From the IMG/VR virus record IMGVR_UViG_3300035158_000384, positions 31,754 through 95,753 of that record: 64,000 nt of DNA, one strand, 5' to 3'. Shown one piece after another: positions 1 through 8,183 of the stretch. The stretch's first letter is position 1; the number at the start of each line of letters is the position of its first letter. The notes under the pieces are model-generated. The model saw only the letters and a program-made list of their open reading frames with translations, ran no database searches and had not been told where the DNA came from. The position numbers and the translations under genes were made by a program. Origin of the DNA: a virus.

Positions 1-31
1 TTGGAGCCGTTCACCGTATCACTCTGCCCGT

Positions 32-59
32 ATTATACCACATCTTGACACAATGTCAA
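32..59 (-). promoter_or_regulatory. sigma70-type promoter (TTGACA-16-TATAAT, extended TG) in repeated early cassette
   Basis: Minus strand reads TTGACAttgtgtcaagatgtggTATAAT; AT-rich tract upstream; points out of the left edge of the window. Confidence 0.8.
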
Positions 60-114
60 GCCCTTTTTCAAAAAAATTTCCGGGAAGTCGGGGAAACGGC
101 ATCGGAAAAGGGTT

Positions 115-672
115 TTACTCGGCCAACAGAGTGCCGGGGTGTATCCACCTGTGCAATTCCCCTGCGCGAAGATCATCCAACCACGCCGCCCTGATTGTGG
201 CGGCAGACTGCGTGTTCCACGGTTGCGGGAATATGCACGCCTGTCCACCCTTTGCCACAAAAGCTGATACATTGTGCAGAGCGTCATCTATCAGGATGTG
301 ATTTGGTGAAGCGAGCAAGTCCTTACGGTTTGTCAACACGTAGTCCCGAAAAGCGGAACCGAAGCGGTCAAGGAGAAAGCCATGCTTACCAGCAGTACAT
401 GCAGGATCGTCAATCGGGGCGGTGCAAAACACTACCTCGTCAAATTGATCCTGCAACAACCCGTACATCTCGTCAAACCACGGGTACGTCACAAGGTTAC
501 GCCAAAAAGCCTCACCCTCGGCCCTTATTCGACCCCAAAACTCCTCTGCGGTTACACCGAGACATTCGTGTATTTCCCACCGAGTGACTACCTCCCCGGA
601 TGCCCCAAATAAGCGACAAGTGGCCTCCATCATATCAACGCAGACGCCGTCAAGGTCCAATAAGATTTTCAC
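115..672 (-). CDS. HAD-family 5'(3')-deoxyribonucleotidase
   Basis: N-terminal ILLDLDGVCVD (DxDxV motif), T-x-P motif II, K and LIDD motif IV typical of NT5C-like phage enzymes. Confidence 0.85.
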   Translation of the reverse strand: MKILLDLDGVCVDMMEATCRLFGASGEVVTRWEIHECLGVTAEEFWGRIRAEGEAFWRNLVTYPWFDEMYGLLQDQFDEVVFCTAPIDDPACTAGKHGFLLDRFGSAFRDYVLTNRKDLLASPNHILIDDALHNVSAFVAKGGQACIFPQPWNTQSAATIRAAWLDDLRAGELHRWIHPGTLLAE

Positions 673-678
673 ACCCCG

Positions 679-963
679 TCACTCCTTCGTTTCGTTGTCG
701 TCAACCAGACAATAAATAGGGGCGGCGTAGGGGATACCGAGGACGTTTTTGCGTTCCCCAAATTTTGCGATCAGGGTACCGTTTTCCACCGCCTCCCGCA
801 AGAGCCTCCCCAAACGACCATTCCCAATGGAAATACCAGCGTTTCTGGCCTTTTGTAAAAGCTCGCGCTTAGTGAAGCCCTCGGATTTACCTTCGTCCTT
901 CGCAATGGCCACCGCGTCGATAAGCCATCGCTCCAAAAGTAATTGCGATTCGTCTTTCTTCAT
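679..963 (-). CDS. hypothetical protein, possible winged-helix
   Basis: 94-aa ORF with GAGG RBS; helical pattern FTKRELL...RLGRLLREAVENG followed by beta hairpin. Confidence 0.6.
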   Translation of the reverse strand: MKKDESQLLLERWLIDAVAIAKDEGKSEGFTKRELLQKARNAGISIGNGRLGRLLREAVENGTLIAKFGERKNVLGIPYAAPIYCLVDDNETKE

Positions 964-976
964 ATTAACCCCCTCG

Positions 977-1861
977 TTACGCTAAAGATTTGGTCATATC
1001 GTGTATAACCAGCCTACCAAACCGATCCTCGGTTATACACAAGATGCCAAAGATAGGTAAAAGCTGTTTGGGAACGTGTTTGTCATGCAACCAATCGTTG
1101 GGCAACTTCCAACAGGGGCAACTCACAGCATAGAACGTATGGTTGTTGCCCACCTTTGTCCACAGCCCTGCGTAGTCGTGGCGATGTGCCCTAACGATTA
1201 CATGCGGCGCTTCCACACCCCAACGTCCAGCCACTTCCCACGCTACCTTGGCCTCTTTCTCCAAGGCTCTCAAACCATACTCCCCTGTCCCCATAGAGTG
1301 ATAAAACTGTATGCGATGCTTGCGCCAATGGATTGTGAGACATTTATGTGTGCGCGTTCCTGAGTGTTTCGCTCTCGGAATCTTGAACCGTGCGGCCAGC
1401 GTTTCGGAGTATTGCCCTGCACGCCCATCATGTGCAGGCGTACCTCTGATAATATGAAACGCACGGGCGGCATCTACTATGGGGAAGAAAAGGTCGAAAG
1501 CAGAATTGATCTGGTCCATTATCTCGGTGGAAATCAAAAACTCCGGGTGCTTCTTCCCATCGACGAAGTCACCAACGTGAACCACGTCAAAACAAGCGTT
1601 TTGAAGCTTTTTAACCCGTAACACATGAGGCAACCACTCCCACCAACAAAAATCCCAAAACTTGTGTAGTTCCAAACCTGTCTTGTGTGGGATATAGGTT
1701 GAACCTGATTCCAACTCGGTCTCTGCGGGGTTGATCCCGTGCTTTGCGCCACAATGAGTATCCGCAACGATAGGTATACCTTTGACTTTGTCGGGGATAG
1801 TGATCGTGTGCCTTGACGGTATCGTCAAGTGAGGAAAGTCGTAGTCTGCGGCTTTTCGCAT
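977..1861 (-). CDS. calcineurin-like metallophosphoesterase
   Basis: Motifs DTHCG, VGDFVDG, GTPAHD, FYH, AHRH; start trimmed to MRKAAD. Confidence 0.8.
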   Translation of the reverse strand: MRKAADYDFPHLTIPSRHTITIPDKVKGIPIVADTHCGAKHGINPAETELESGSTYIPHKTGLELHKFWDFCWWEWLPHVLRVKKLQNACFDVVHVGDFVDGKKHPEFLISTEIMDQINSAFDLFFPIVDAARAFHIIRGTPAHDGRAGQYSETLAARFKIPRAKHSGTRTHKCLTIHWRKHRIQFYHSMGTGEYGLRALEKEAKVAWEVAGRWGVEAPHVIVRAHRHDYAGLWTKVGNNHTFYAVSCPCWKLPNDWLHDKHVPKQLLPIFGILCITEDRFGRLVIHDMTKSLA

Positions 1862-1899
1862 GAGCACACCTGTCAACCGGTTGTCAAACTAACGAACCC

Positions 1900-1910
1900 A
1901 TTATACCACA
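1900..1910 (-). promoter_or_regulatory. extended -10 promoter (TGTGGTATAAT) for the phosphoesterase operon
   Basis: Perfect TG-N-TATAAT about 40 nt upstream of the 1861 start; no good -35. Confidence 0.55.
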
Positions 1911-1994
1911 GAATTGGGACTTCGCGTTAATTTCATATGAGTTTTAGCAGATCGACAGGTTTAGGTATTTTGACGTAACCCTTTGGTGTGCAAA

Positions 1995-2028
1995 CAAAAA
2001 GAAAAGGCCACCCTCTTCAGGTGGCCTT
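1995..2028 (-). terminator. intrinsic terminator
   Basis: AAGGCCACC-loop-GGTGGCCTT followed by TTCTTTTTG on the minus strand. Confidence 0.8.
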
Positions 2029-2278
2029 CCGGGAGTTTCCCGATTACGGATGTCACAGAGTGTACCCCCCAACTCTGCGTACACCCGGAGAGTTTTCTCG
2101 TGCAAGCGTGGGCAGCTATACCCTCAACTTACCTCACACTTGGAAGGTTTTCACGGTCGAGGGTCGGTAGCTATACCTCCAACTTTCCGTCCCCTCGGGC
2201 AGTTTTATCGGGTTTGACTGCCAACCCTCGGCGCTTCTGGCGTCCCCGCGCGTCTCCACGCGGTTTTGTTGTGTTGAT
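1995..2278 (-). ncRNA. putative structured ncRNA: tandem array of four pseudoknots
   Basis: Bounded by a perfect promoter (2285-2313) and a terminator (1995-2028); no credible ORF; 55-nt periodic hairpins whose loops are complementary to the next linker with compensatory changes. Confidence 0.7.
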
Positions 2279-2284
2279 ACTTGT

Positions 2285-2313
2285 ATTATACCCCACCCGT
2301 GACGGAATGTCAA
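2285..2313 (-). promoter_or_regulatory. consensus sigma70 promoter TTGACA-17-TATAAT
   Basis: Plus strand ATTATA 2285-2290 and TGTCAA 2308-2313, 17-bp spacer, AT-rich upstream. Confidence 0.85.
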
Positions 2314-2493
2314 GTGGTTTTTCAAATTTATTTTCCCGACCACCCAGTAGTGTGGGGGTTTATCCTTGCAGAGCCAACCAGTCAAAAATTGATTTGACCC
2401 GCTCAATCCCTGACGTCTTTCCCTTCCTTGTGTATTTTGTGCAATTTACACAAACCTTTAAGTACGAACGACTTAAAAGTTTCTTTCGCTGTT

Positions 2494-2509
2494 TGGCACG
2501 CCGTTGGCA
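2494..2509 (+). promoter_or_regulatory. sigma54 (RpoN)-like -24/-12 promoter
   Basis: TGGCACGccgtTGGCA has GG-N10-GC spacing, 50 nt upstream of the 2559 start; inverted repeats upstream at 2381-2398 and 2428-2453. Confidence 0.55.
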
Positions 2510-2558
2510 ATAGGTTTTACCGTGCTTTTATCGGGTCAAACAACGAAGGGAGCTAAAA

Positions 2559-3002
2559 ATGGAACTCGTCAACCTGACACCTCATGCCGTAAACATTGTG
2601 GACGACAATGGAAACGCTCTAAAAACCATAGAGCCCTCGGGTAAGGTCGCCCGAGTGTCCATGTCTCGCGAGGTCGTGGACCACATCAATGGTATCCCCG
2701 TGAACCGCGCTGTCACCGGTGAGCCCACCGACCTCCCCGATCCTGTCAGAGGTACTACGCTCATCGTCTCCCGAATCGTGGCGGAAGCTTGTAAGGTCCG
2801 TCATGACCTCGTCGTCCCCGACGAAACCGTCCGCGACGACAAGGGCCGGATTGTCGGATGCAAGGCGCTCGCCACCGTCTCCGACAGCCGCAACGAGTAC
2901 TACTACTGCCGGGCCTGCGGGCTTACCACCGAGCACAAGCCTGTCACAGGTCGGTGCCTCGAGTGCGGGGAGGACGACAGCTACACAGGCCCGTGCGCGT
3001 AA
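2559..3002 (+). CDS. conserved phage protein (NLTPH family) with C-terminal Zn ribbon
   Basis: MELVNLTPH...VSRIVAEA...RD..G.I.GC signature seen in many phages; CxxC...CxxC tail; GGAG RBS. Confidence 0.7.
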   Translation: MELVNLTPHAVNIVDDNGNALKTIEPSGKVARVSMSREVVDHINGIPVNRAVTGEPTDLPDPVRGTTLIVSRIVAEACKVRHDLVVPDETVRDDKGRIVGCKALATVSDSRNEYYYCRACGLTTEHKPVTGRCLECGEDDSYTGPCA

Positions 3003-3036
3003 TTTTGTCAAGCGATACAACGTGAAGGGAACAAAC

Positions 3037-3258
3037 ATGGCCACTTACGCAAACTGCCCGAAGTGTGACGGGAAGATCGAAATCAAGCTTAACTGTGAAC
3101 TGGATGCAGTCTGCGAACATTGCGGAGCGTCGTATTGTCCGTGGTGTGGAGCGGACGACAAGCACATGACCGTACATTCAGAGGACGAAGAAGTAGACCA
3201 GTACTGTGGACCCGGATGCGCCATCTGCGGGTGGGAGCATTGCGGGAGGTGTGTATAA
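3037..3258 (+). CDS. small Cys-rich zinc-finger protein
   Basis: MATYANCPKC..CEHC..CPWC..CAIC..HCGRC; AAGGGA RBS; start trimmed from the longer ORF. Confidence 0.7.
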   Translation: MATYANCPKCDGKIEIKLNCELDAVCEHCGASYCPWCGADDKHMTVHSEDEEVDQYCGPGCAICGWEHCGRCV

Positions 3259-3303
3259 GCAACGACTTTCTCACTCAGGCAATACAACCGAAAGGACGAG
3301 ACA

Positions 3304-3975
3304 ATGTTCGAGATTCACATGCACGACGCCGTTAGACTCGCGGAAACCGAACTGGACCGTGAGGACGACTACTTGGTGTACTGCGGATTCTACGGGTTCG
3401 GCGGGGCGCGGGTTCTGCCGTCGTACTCGGAGTTTACCTTCGAAGCCCTCACCGAACTCGCTCGCGAACTGCGGGACGATATATTCTGGCAGGAAGCGTA
3501 TAACTGCGGCATGCCGGAGCTTATCGTCGAACGTCTGCGGGATCAGGTCTTCGACGCTCACCCCAACTACCCCACCAAGGCCCTCGATCTCTCCGCGAAC
3601 CTCGCCAAGGCAGGCGTGGACCATTTTGTGGAATCGGACGGCTTGATAGGGTTCAGAGAGGGTGAAGAAATACACACCTACCCGGTGGACATCCCCGATC
3701 TCGACCGCAAACTCTCGCACAGCCGTGCAACATTTGGGTCCGCTCTGCGCATGTACCCGCCCGAAGTCTACGGGCACGGTGTGGTGTCGCTCCATTTCTA
3801 TCGGGAGACCACGCAATTCGTCTCCAAAACCGGACCTTATGTCCAAATCTTCACCGAGCGGATACTGGACAAGGGGGTCAAGCTTCCGAAGAACACGGAA
3901 CTTGCCTTGTCTACAGGCACGGATTTGGACAACATCGAAATGGAGGGGGATGAAATCCGATTGTGGCCGATGTAA
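3304..3975 (+). CDS. hypothetical protein
   Basis: 223-aa ORF with AGGA RBS, ending at a bidirectional terminator. Confidence 0.7.
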   Translation: MFEIHMHDAVRLAETELDREDDYLVYCGFYGFGGARVLPSYSEFTFEALTELARELRDDIFWQEAYNCGMPELIVERLRDQVFDAHPNYPTKALDLSANLAKAGVDHFVESDGLIGFREGEEIHTYPVDIPDLDRKLSHSRATFGSALRMYPPEVYGHGVVSLHFYRETTQFVSKTGPYVQIFTERILDKGVKLPKNTELALSTGTDLDNIEMEGDEIRLWPM

Positions 3976-3981
3976 TCGACA

Positions 3982-4028
3982 CAAAAGAACCCCGCGGGAG
4001 CCTTGTTTGCACCTGCGGGGTTCTTTTG
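3982..4028. terminator. bidirectional intrinsic terminator between convergent genes
   Basis: CAAAAGAACCCCGCGG...CTGCGGGGTTCTTTTG inverted repeat with A/T tails on both sides. Confidence 0.8.
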
Positions 4029-4031
4029 CGG

Positions 4032-4586
4032 TTACTCACTGAGAAGGTGGAGACTGTCGTGCCGCTCCAAGTGCGTCTCCAATTTCTCCAAACTTCGGAA
4101 AATGAACACGTTGTAAACACCACCCGCTACGATGGACCACTTGTGGATGTAAATTACAAAGTCATCCACACCGTCGTTCTTGTGCCTGCATACGCACTTT
4201 TCGAGCTTGCGCGGGTAAGCATTGGCGACCCCAACAGCCTCTTCCCCAAGTACTTGGCGCGATTTCAACTCGTCAATGGCGCAAAGGGTGGCCCAACCGT
4301 CCTCCACCATATGCTCATTGGACTCGTAGACCATCGTGATCAAGTCCTGCGCCGATGCGCTGACTTTCTGTGGGCTGTGTTGTATGGCTTCGGTTTCCAA
4401 ACCCTTGGCCGTCGTAAGGATGTAGTCATCCCACATTGCCCAAGTGTGCTCCTTCCGCCGGGGGTCGAACGCGACGTGTATCAGGTTTGTGTCCGCGGTG
4501 GCAAAAGACGTGTGACCTTCCATCCGCAGAAGTTCCCGCAGACGGTCTTTTGTTGTACAAACGTGTCCTTTCGAGGCATAACGCAT
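4032..4586 (-). CDS. hypothetical protein
   Basis: 184-aa ORF, AGGAG RBS. Confidence 0.65.
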   Translation of the reverse strand: MRYASKGHVCTTKDRLRELLRMEGHTSFATADTNLIHVAFDPRRKEHTWAMWDDYILTTAKGLETEAIQHSPQKVSASAQDLITMVYESNEHMVEDGWATLCAIDELKSRQVLGEEAVGVANAYPRKLEKCVCRHKNDGVDDFVIYIHKWSIVAGGVYNVFIFRSLEKLETHLERHDSLHLLSE

Positions 4587-4625
4587 GGCTCACTCCTTTT
4601 GACTGTTCGTCGGGTGTAGTCGCTT

Positions 4626-5138
4626 TTACTTTTTGCTTTTCTTGCTCTTCTTGGTTTTCTTCGCCTTCTTCGGTTTAGCGTCCTCTTCTCCGTCAGAAAC
4701 AGTATCGAGCGAAAGGTCCGCACCCTCTGTTTCCGGTTCGGTTACGTAGGACAATTCCCCGAGCATGTACGCCTTCAGGTCCGTATCGCCGGGGTCGATC
4801 TTGACGTGGTTCAGAACCGCTTGTGCAACCTGCACCGCTATGTGCTCCACGTCGTGGTCGCGAAGCATGTGCGGAGGGGAGTAGTACCGTACAGCTTTCC
4901 AGATAGCGGGTTGGAGTGTGCGAAAGCGGTACCTGACGTCGTGTTGGCTCAAATCCTCAAGTATGCGCTGTTCGGTGTAGGGGTTCAGGCAACCGTTGCG
5001 GCTCCACGGACGCCACATATCGCTCGTGGGGGCACGCAGTTGGTCGATCTTGGCAATGTACTCGTACCCGTGTTCCAACGCCCAAAAAAACAAGGATCGC
5101 CCAACCCATAAACGCATGTCGGCCTTGCTGAAAGACAT
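4626..5138 (-). CDS. hypothetical protein with acidic then Lys-rich tail
   Basis: GGAGG RBS before MSFSK; C-terminal PKKAKKTKKSKKSKK. Confidence 0.7.
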   Translation of the reverse strand: MSFSKADMRLWVGRSLFFWALEHGYEYIAKIDQLRAPTSDMWRPWSRNGCLNPYTEQRILEDLSQHDVRYRFRTLQPAIWKAVRYYSPPHMLRDHDVEHIAVQVAQAVLNHVKIDPGDTDLKAYMLGELSYVTEPETEGADLSLDTVSDGEEDAKPKKAKKTKKSKKSKK

Positions 5139-5195
5139 AGTCACTACCTCCAATGAAAAAACAACCTGTTCAGGTCGATGTCGGTTACTGTGCGC

Positions 5196-5224
5196 AGTTT
5201 AGCACGGTGGGAAGGGTAACGCAA
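5196..5224 (-). promoter_or_regulatory. sigma70-type promoter TTGCGT-17-TAAACT
   Basis: Intergenic, TG-extended -10, correct spacing. Confidence 0.5.
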
Positions 5225-5286
5225 GCCTTTTCACACGCTTGCCCGCGTCACCCGATGTTTGAATCGTTTGACGTTGTGTCATTATC

Positions 5287-5667
5287 TTACGGCGTGCCCC
5301 ACATGCTTACGATTTGATCTACTATCTGTCGCAGTTTCCACTCTTCCCACTCCGACAAAAGTATTTTGGTGGGGGTACTTACCGATATATGTAGGCCCAA
5401 CTTCATGCCCTCGTCGTTTTGCTCACACGTTTGGATTCGCTCTGTGTAAGCCTCGACGCGGTCTATTATCTGCTCAATAGTCATTTGTTCGGTATCAGGA
5501 TCAACAACCAGCAAGGCAAGCTTTTTGCACTCCTGCGCGAGTGTCTCCGCGCTTGTCCTTATCGTTTGCGGTGTGTATTTTTTTACCCACAGCTTGGTTA
5601 GTGTTCCGAAGAGCTTACGAAAACAATGTATGTACTTTTGGACTTGCTGGTCTGTTATCTTGGCCAC
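5287..5667 (-). CDS. hypothetical protein
   Basis: GAGGAG RBS before GTG (MAKITDQQ), coupled to the upstream stop. Confidence 0.65.
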   Translation of the reverse strand: MAKITDQQVQKYIHCFRKLFGTLTKLWVKKYTPQTIRTSAETLAQECKKLALLVVDPDTEQMTIEQIIDRVEAYTERIQTCEQNDEGMKLGLHISVSTPTKILLSEWEEWKLRQIVDQIVSMWGTP

Positions 5668-5668
5668 T

Positions 5669-6271
5669 TCACTCCTCTTTCTCCTCCTCTTTTGCGGAAA
5701 GCAGAGGAAAACAAACCGCGGGTAGCCGTCCTTGTTTGATACCCTCAAAAAGCTTGTTGAAAAGCTGAACCCATTCTTGGTGTTTGGAGCGTTTTTTAAG
5801 TTCCGTAACGAAATCCGTCAGGGTAAGCCACTTGTCGTCGTCACCGTCTGGATAAACTCCTGTTGTCATGTCGATATTCGCGTGTTGCATGAGTGCAAGC
5901 AGGAAACCTGTATCGCTAATGGCCATGCCTCCGCTCATGGGCGAATAGTAGTGACCGGCGATGTAATTGGCAATCGCCTTCGAGATTGTCCGAAAAAGGC
6001 CGTTTGTGCCTCCAAACGCCTCAAAGTACGCCTTGAACCTGAAAAACGTATCCAGCGCCAACGTGAGGCGTTCTTCGGGGGGTTTTTCGTCGAACCTGTG
6101 CCCTCTGAAAGCGGTGTTCAGATTTTCTTCTTCAAAAATCGGGCGCTCAAGGGTCACTCGTGTTACGCGGTGTGAAGCCGGAAAAGGGCCGTAGACTACC
6201 CATTCGTCGTTATTGATCATATTGGAGGTCTCGTAAATGCGCCTCGTAAGGTCTCTCTTCGTGAGTTTCAC
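5669..6271 (-). CDS. hypothetical protein
   Basis: 200-aa ORF with GGAGAG RBS. Confidence 0.65.
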   Translation of the reverse strand: MKLTKRDLTRRIYETSNMINNDEWVVYGPFPASHRVTRVTLERPIFEEENLNTAFRGHRFDEKPPEERLTLALDTFFRFKAYFEAFGGTNGLFRTISKAIANYIAGHYYSPMSGGMAISDTGFLLALMQHANIDMTTGVYPDGDDDKWLTLTDFVTELKKRSKHQEWVQLFNKLFEGIKQGRLPAVCFPLLSAKEEEKEE

Positions 6272-6316
6272 GGATCACTCTCCAAATTTTGGTGTGCTTG
6301 GCCTGCAACCAAGGGT

Positions 6317-6736
6317 TCATAGGATGAGGTATTGTAATTCTCCATCCGTAACCCATTTTACCAACTCAGCGTAGTAAAATGGGTTAATTGTCGGCATCTG
6401 CATCGGCAGTACCGACTCCTTGGCCACCATCTCAGAAACCAACTCAGGGTAATTCTGGACGGCGTACCACACCATAAGGTCCGCCTCGAAAACCTCGGGC
6501 AGACCGAGTGCGAACGCAACCCACGGATTGCACCCGCAATCGTACCAGTCACGGGTGTGACTTTCGGACGTAGACGTGCCTATGATCCACTTCGGGCGGG
6601 GCACCCCGGCCATTATGTCTATGGCCGCCTCATACCGCGGTGCGCCCTCCATTGCGTTTTCGCGAGCGCGGTAAATCAACCTAGTGTCTATCGTTAGGCC
6701 AATCACCCTGATTTTGTCCGCGAAAACGTGGAACAT
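6317..6736 (-). CDS. hypothetical protein
   Basis: 139-aa ORF tightly packed in the operon. Confidence 0.65.
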   Translation of the reverse strand: MFHVFADKIRVIGLTIDTRLIYRARENAMEGAPRYEAAIDIMAGVPRPKWIIGTSTSESHTRDWYDCGCNPWVAFALGLPEVFEADLMVWYAVQNYPELVSEMVAKESVLPMQMPTINPFYYAELVKWVTDGELQYLIL

Positions 6737-6738
6737 AT

Positions 6739-7212
6739 TCAGCCCCTATCCTGATTGAAGGTTGTAGTGGACAAGGGTAACAACTCTTTCAACCAATTGC
6801 CGAGGGCTTCATACTCCTCAATTACATCCTCCTCGAGAAACCGTTTGTCAAGCTGTCTCTGAACCTCATATTGGAAAGCACCCCCTTCACCCTCCACGAT
6901 GTTACGGTTCTCAATGACGAAAAGCTCACGGATTGGCATGAATCCAAACCCATCCGCGAAAATTTCATCGCTATCGGTGTCGTTGTACAACGAAATTTCC
7001 TGCCAATCAACCTGCCCCGTGATTTCAGCCACGAAATACATCTCACACATGTTGATCAGCACAACGTCACCCGGCTGAAGGGTGAATAACTGCCCTCGCT
7101 CGCTCTCCCAACAGGAATCAGTCTTGCCGGAACGGTAGCGACCTAGAAATTGGCCGTCTGTCCACTTTGCGGGTGCTCCGTTCCGTGTGGTGGGTTCCAC
7201 AAGCAAGTGCAT
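6739..7212 (-). CDS. hypothetical protein
   Basis: GAGGA RBS before MHLLVEP; start trimmed. Confidence 0.65.
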   Translation of the reverse strand: MHLLVEPTTRNGAPAKWTDGQFLGRYRSGKTDSCWESERGQLFTLQPGDVVLINMCEMYFVAEITGQVDWQEISLYNDTDSDEIFADGFGFMPIRELFVIENRNIVEGEGGAFQYEVQRQLDKRFLEEDVIEEYEALGNWLKELLPLSTTTFNQDRG

Positions 7213-7222
7213 GGCTCGGTCC

Positions 7223-7552
7223 TCAATGTATTGTTTTGGGTAGTACGGTAAAGAATTTTGCGCGTGCGGGATCGCGCTTTCGTTGCTTGGCCTGTTCAGC
7301 CTCTGCCTCTGCACGGCTCTTGAACACCTTTAGATAAGGTGTGCTGTGCTTACGCACTCCACACTCGACAAGGACATAAACCTTGCCTGTCCGAGGGTTC
7401 CTCCTGTCTTCTTCTGAAAGCCCCTGAAAGACGGGACGCTGACCTCTGCGTGCGAGTGTAATTTGGCGACCGCATGCTTTGCATACGTTGTTTGTAGCCG
7501 GTACCAAATTACCGCATCGACATCTTGTGGGTATCCCTATGTCGTTTGCCAT
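7223..7552 (-). CDS. Zn-ribbon protein
   Basis: GGAG RBS before MANDIG; CRCG...CKACG. Confidence 0.6.
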   Translation of the reverse strand: MANDIGIPTRCRCGNLVPATNNVCKACGRQITLARRGQRPVFQGLSEEDRRNPRTGKVYVLVECGVRKHSTPYLKVFKSRAEAEAEQAKQRKRDPARAKFFTVLPKTIH

Positions 7553-7572
7553 TGTGTTTTCTCCCATGAAAC

Positions 7573-7624
7573 AAAAAGCACGGGGACGGGTTTGCGGGCA
7601 ACACGGTGAGGAACCGTCCCCGTG
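7573..7624 (-). terminator. hairpin with U-tail (terminator or attenuator)
   Basis: CACGGGGACGG...CCGTCCCCGTG 11-bp stem followed by TTTTT on the minus strand. Confidence 0.6.
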
Positions 7625-7634
7625 TATTGCAACG

Positions 7635-8183
7635 TCACCTCGTCTCGTGATCCCCCTCGTTCTTGGTTTGATCAGCGCAAGCGGGTGGATACTCCAAAGG
7701 ACTAGCACCCTTCAGTTTGATGTCGTTGACGATACGCTCACACGACGTGCGCTTGTCGCACGCTTGACACGTCGGGGAATCCGCGGCGTAATGGTTCAGC
7801 GCGTGGAATACGTAACCGCGAGGCGCAAGCGCGAGCAACTGGTCTACGAACGGTTCCATGATCTCGGTCGAAGCTTTCAGGACCGCCTTTTCTTCCCCCT
7901 CGTACTTCTCGAATACGGCCCCGCTTTTATGCGCTTCAAAAGCGATATACAGGGCATCTGGCACACCGACTTGGAGCACAAACATCCCGATTGTTCGGAC
8001 CAAGCTCAGGTAGACATCCACATAGAGATCAAGCTTTGCCACCTGCATATTGGTTTCATCCGCACGCCCTGTCTCAAGCGCGTCCAAGCGTGTCCCACAC
8101 ACCTGTTGCTTCATGTCTTCCAGATGTGTTTGAATCAGGCCGAGTAGTTTTCTGAATTGGTTTTTTTCTTCGTCGGTCATCAC
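7635..8183 (-). CDS. hypothetical protein
   Basis: 182-aa ORF overlapping the upstream stop. Confidence 0.65.
   Translation of the reverse strand: MMTDEEKNQFRKLLGLIQTHLEDMKQQVCGTRLDALETGRADETNMQVAKLDLYVDVYLSLVRTIGMFVLQVGVPDALYIAFEAHKSGAVFEKYEGEEKAVLKASTEIMEPFVDQLLALAPRGYVFHALNHYAADSPTCQACDKRTSCERIVNDIKLKGASPLEYPPACADQTKNEGDHETR

Noticed and set aside
2030-2230. 55-nt periodic repeats read as a mini CRISPR array
   Set aside because: The conserved blocks are short and split, the 'spacer' halves base-pair with each other, and no cas genes are present. This fits a structured RNA better.
2030-2230. Hammerhead or HDV-like ribozyme (GAAAC-like linkers)
   Set aside because: No CUGANGA core and no nested double-pseudoknot pattern recognised
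1983-2513. ORFs 1983..2513(+), 1988..2170(+) and 2134..2406(-)
   Set aside because: No RBS, atypical composition, and they span promoter and terminator elements
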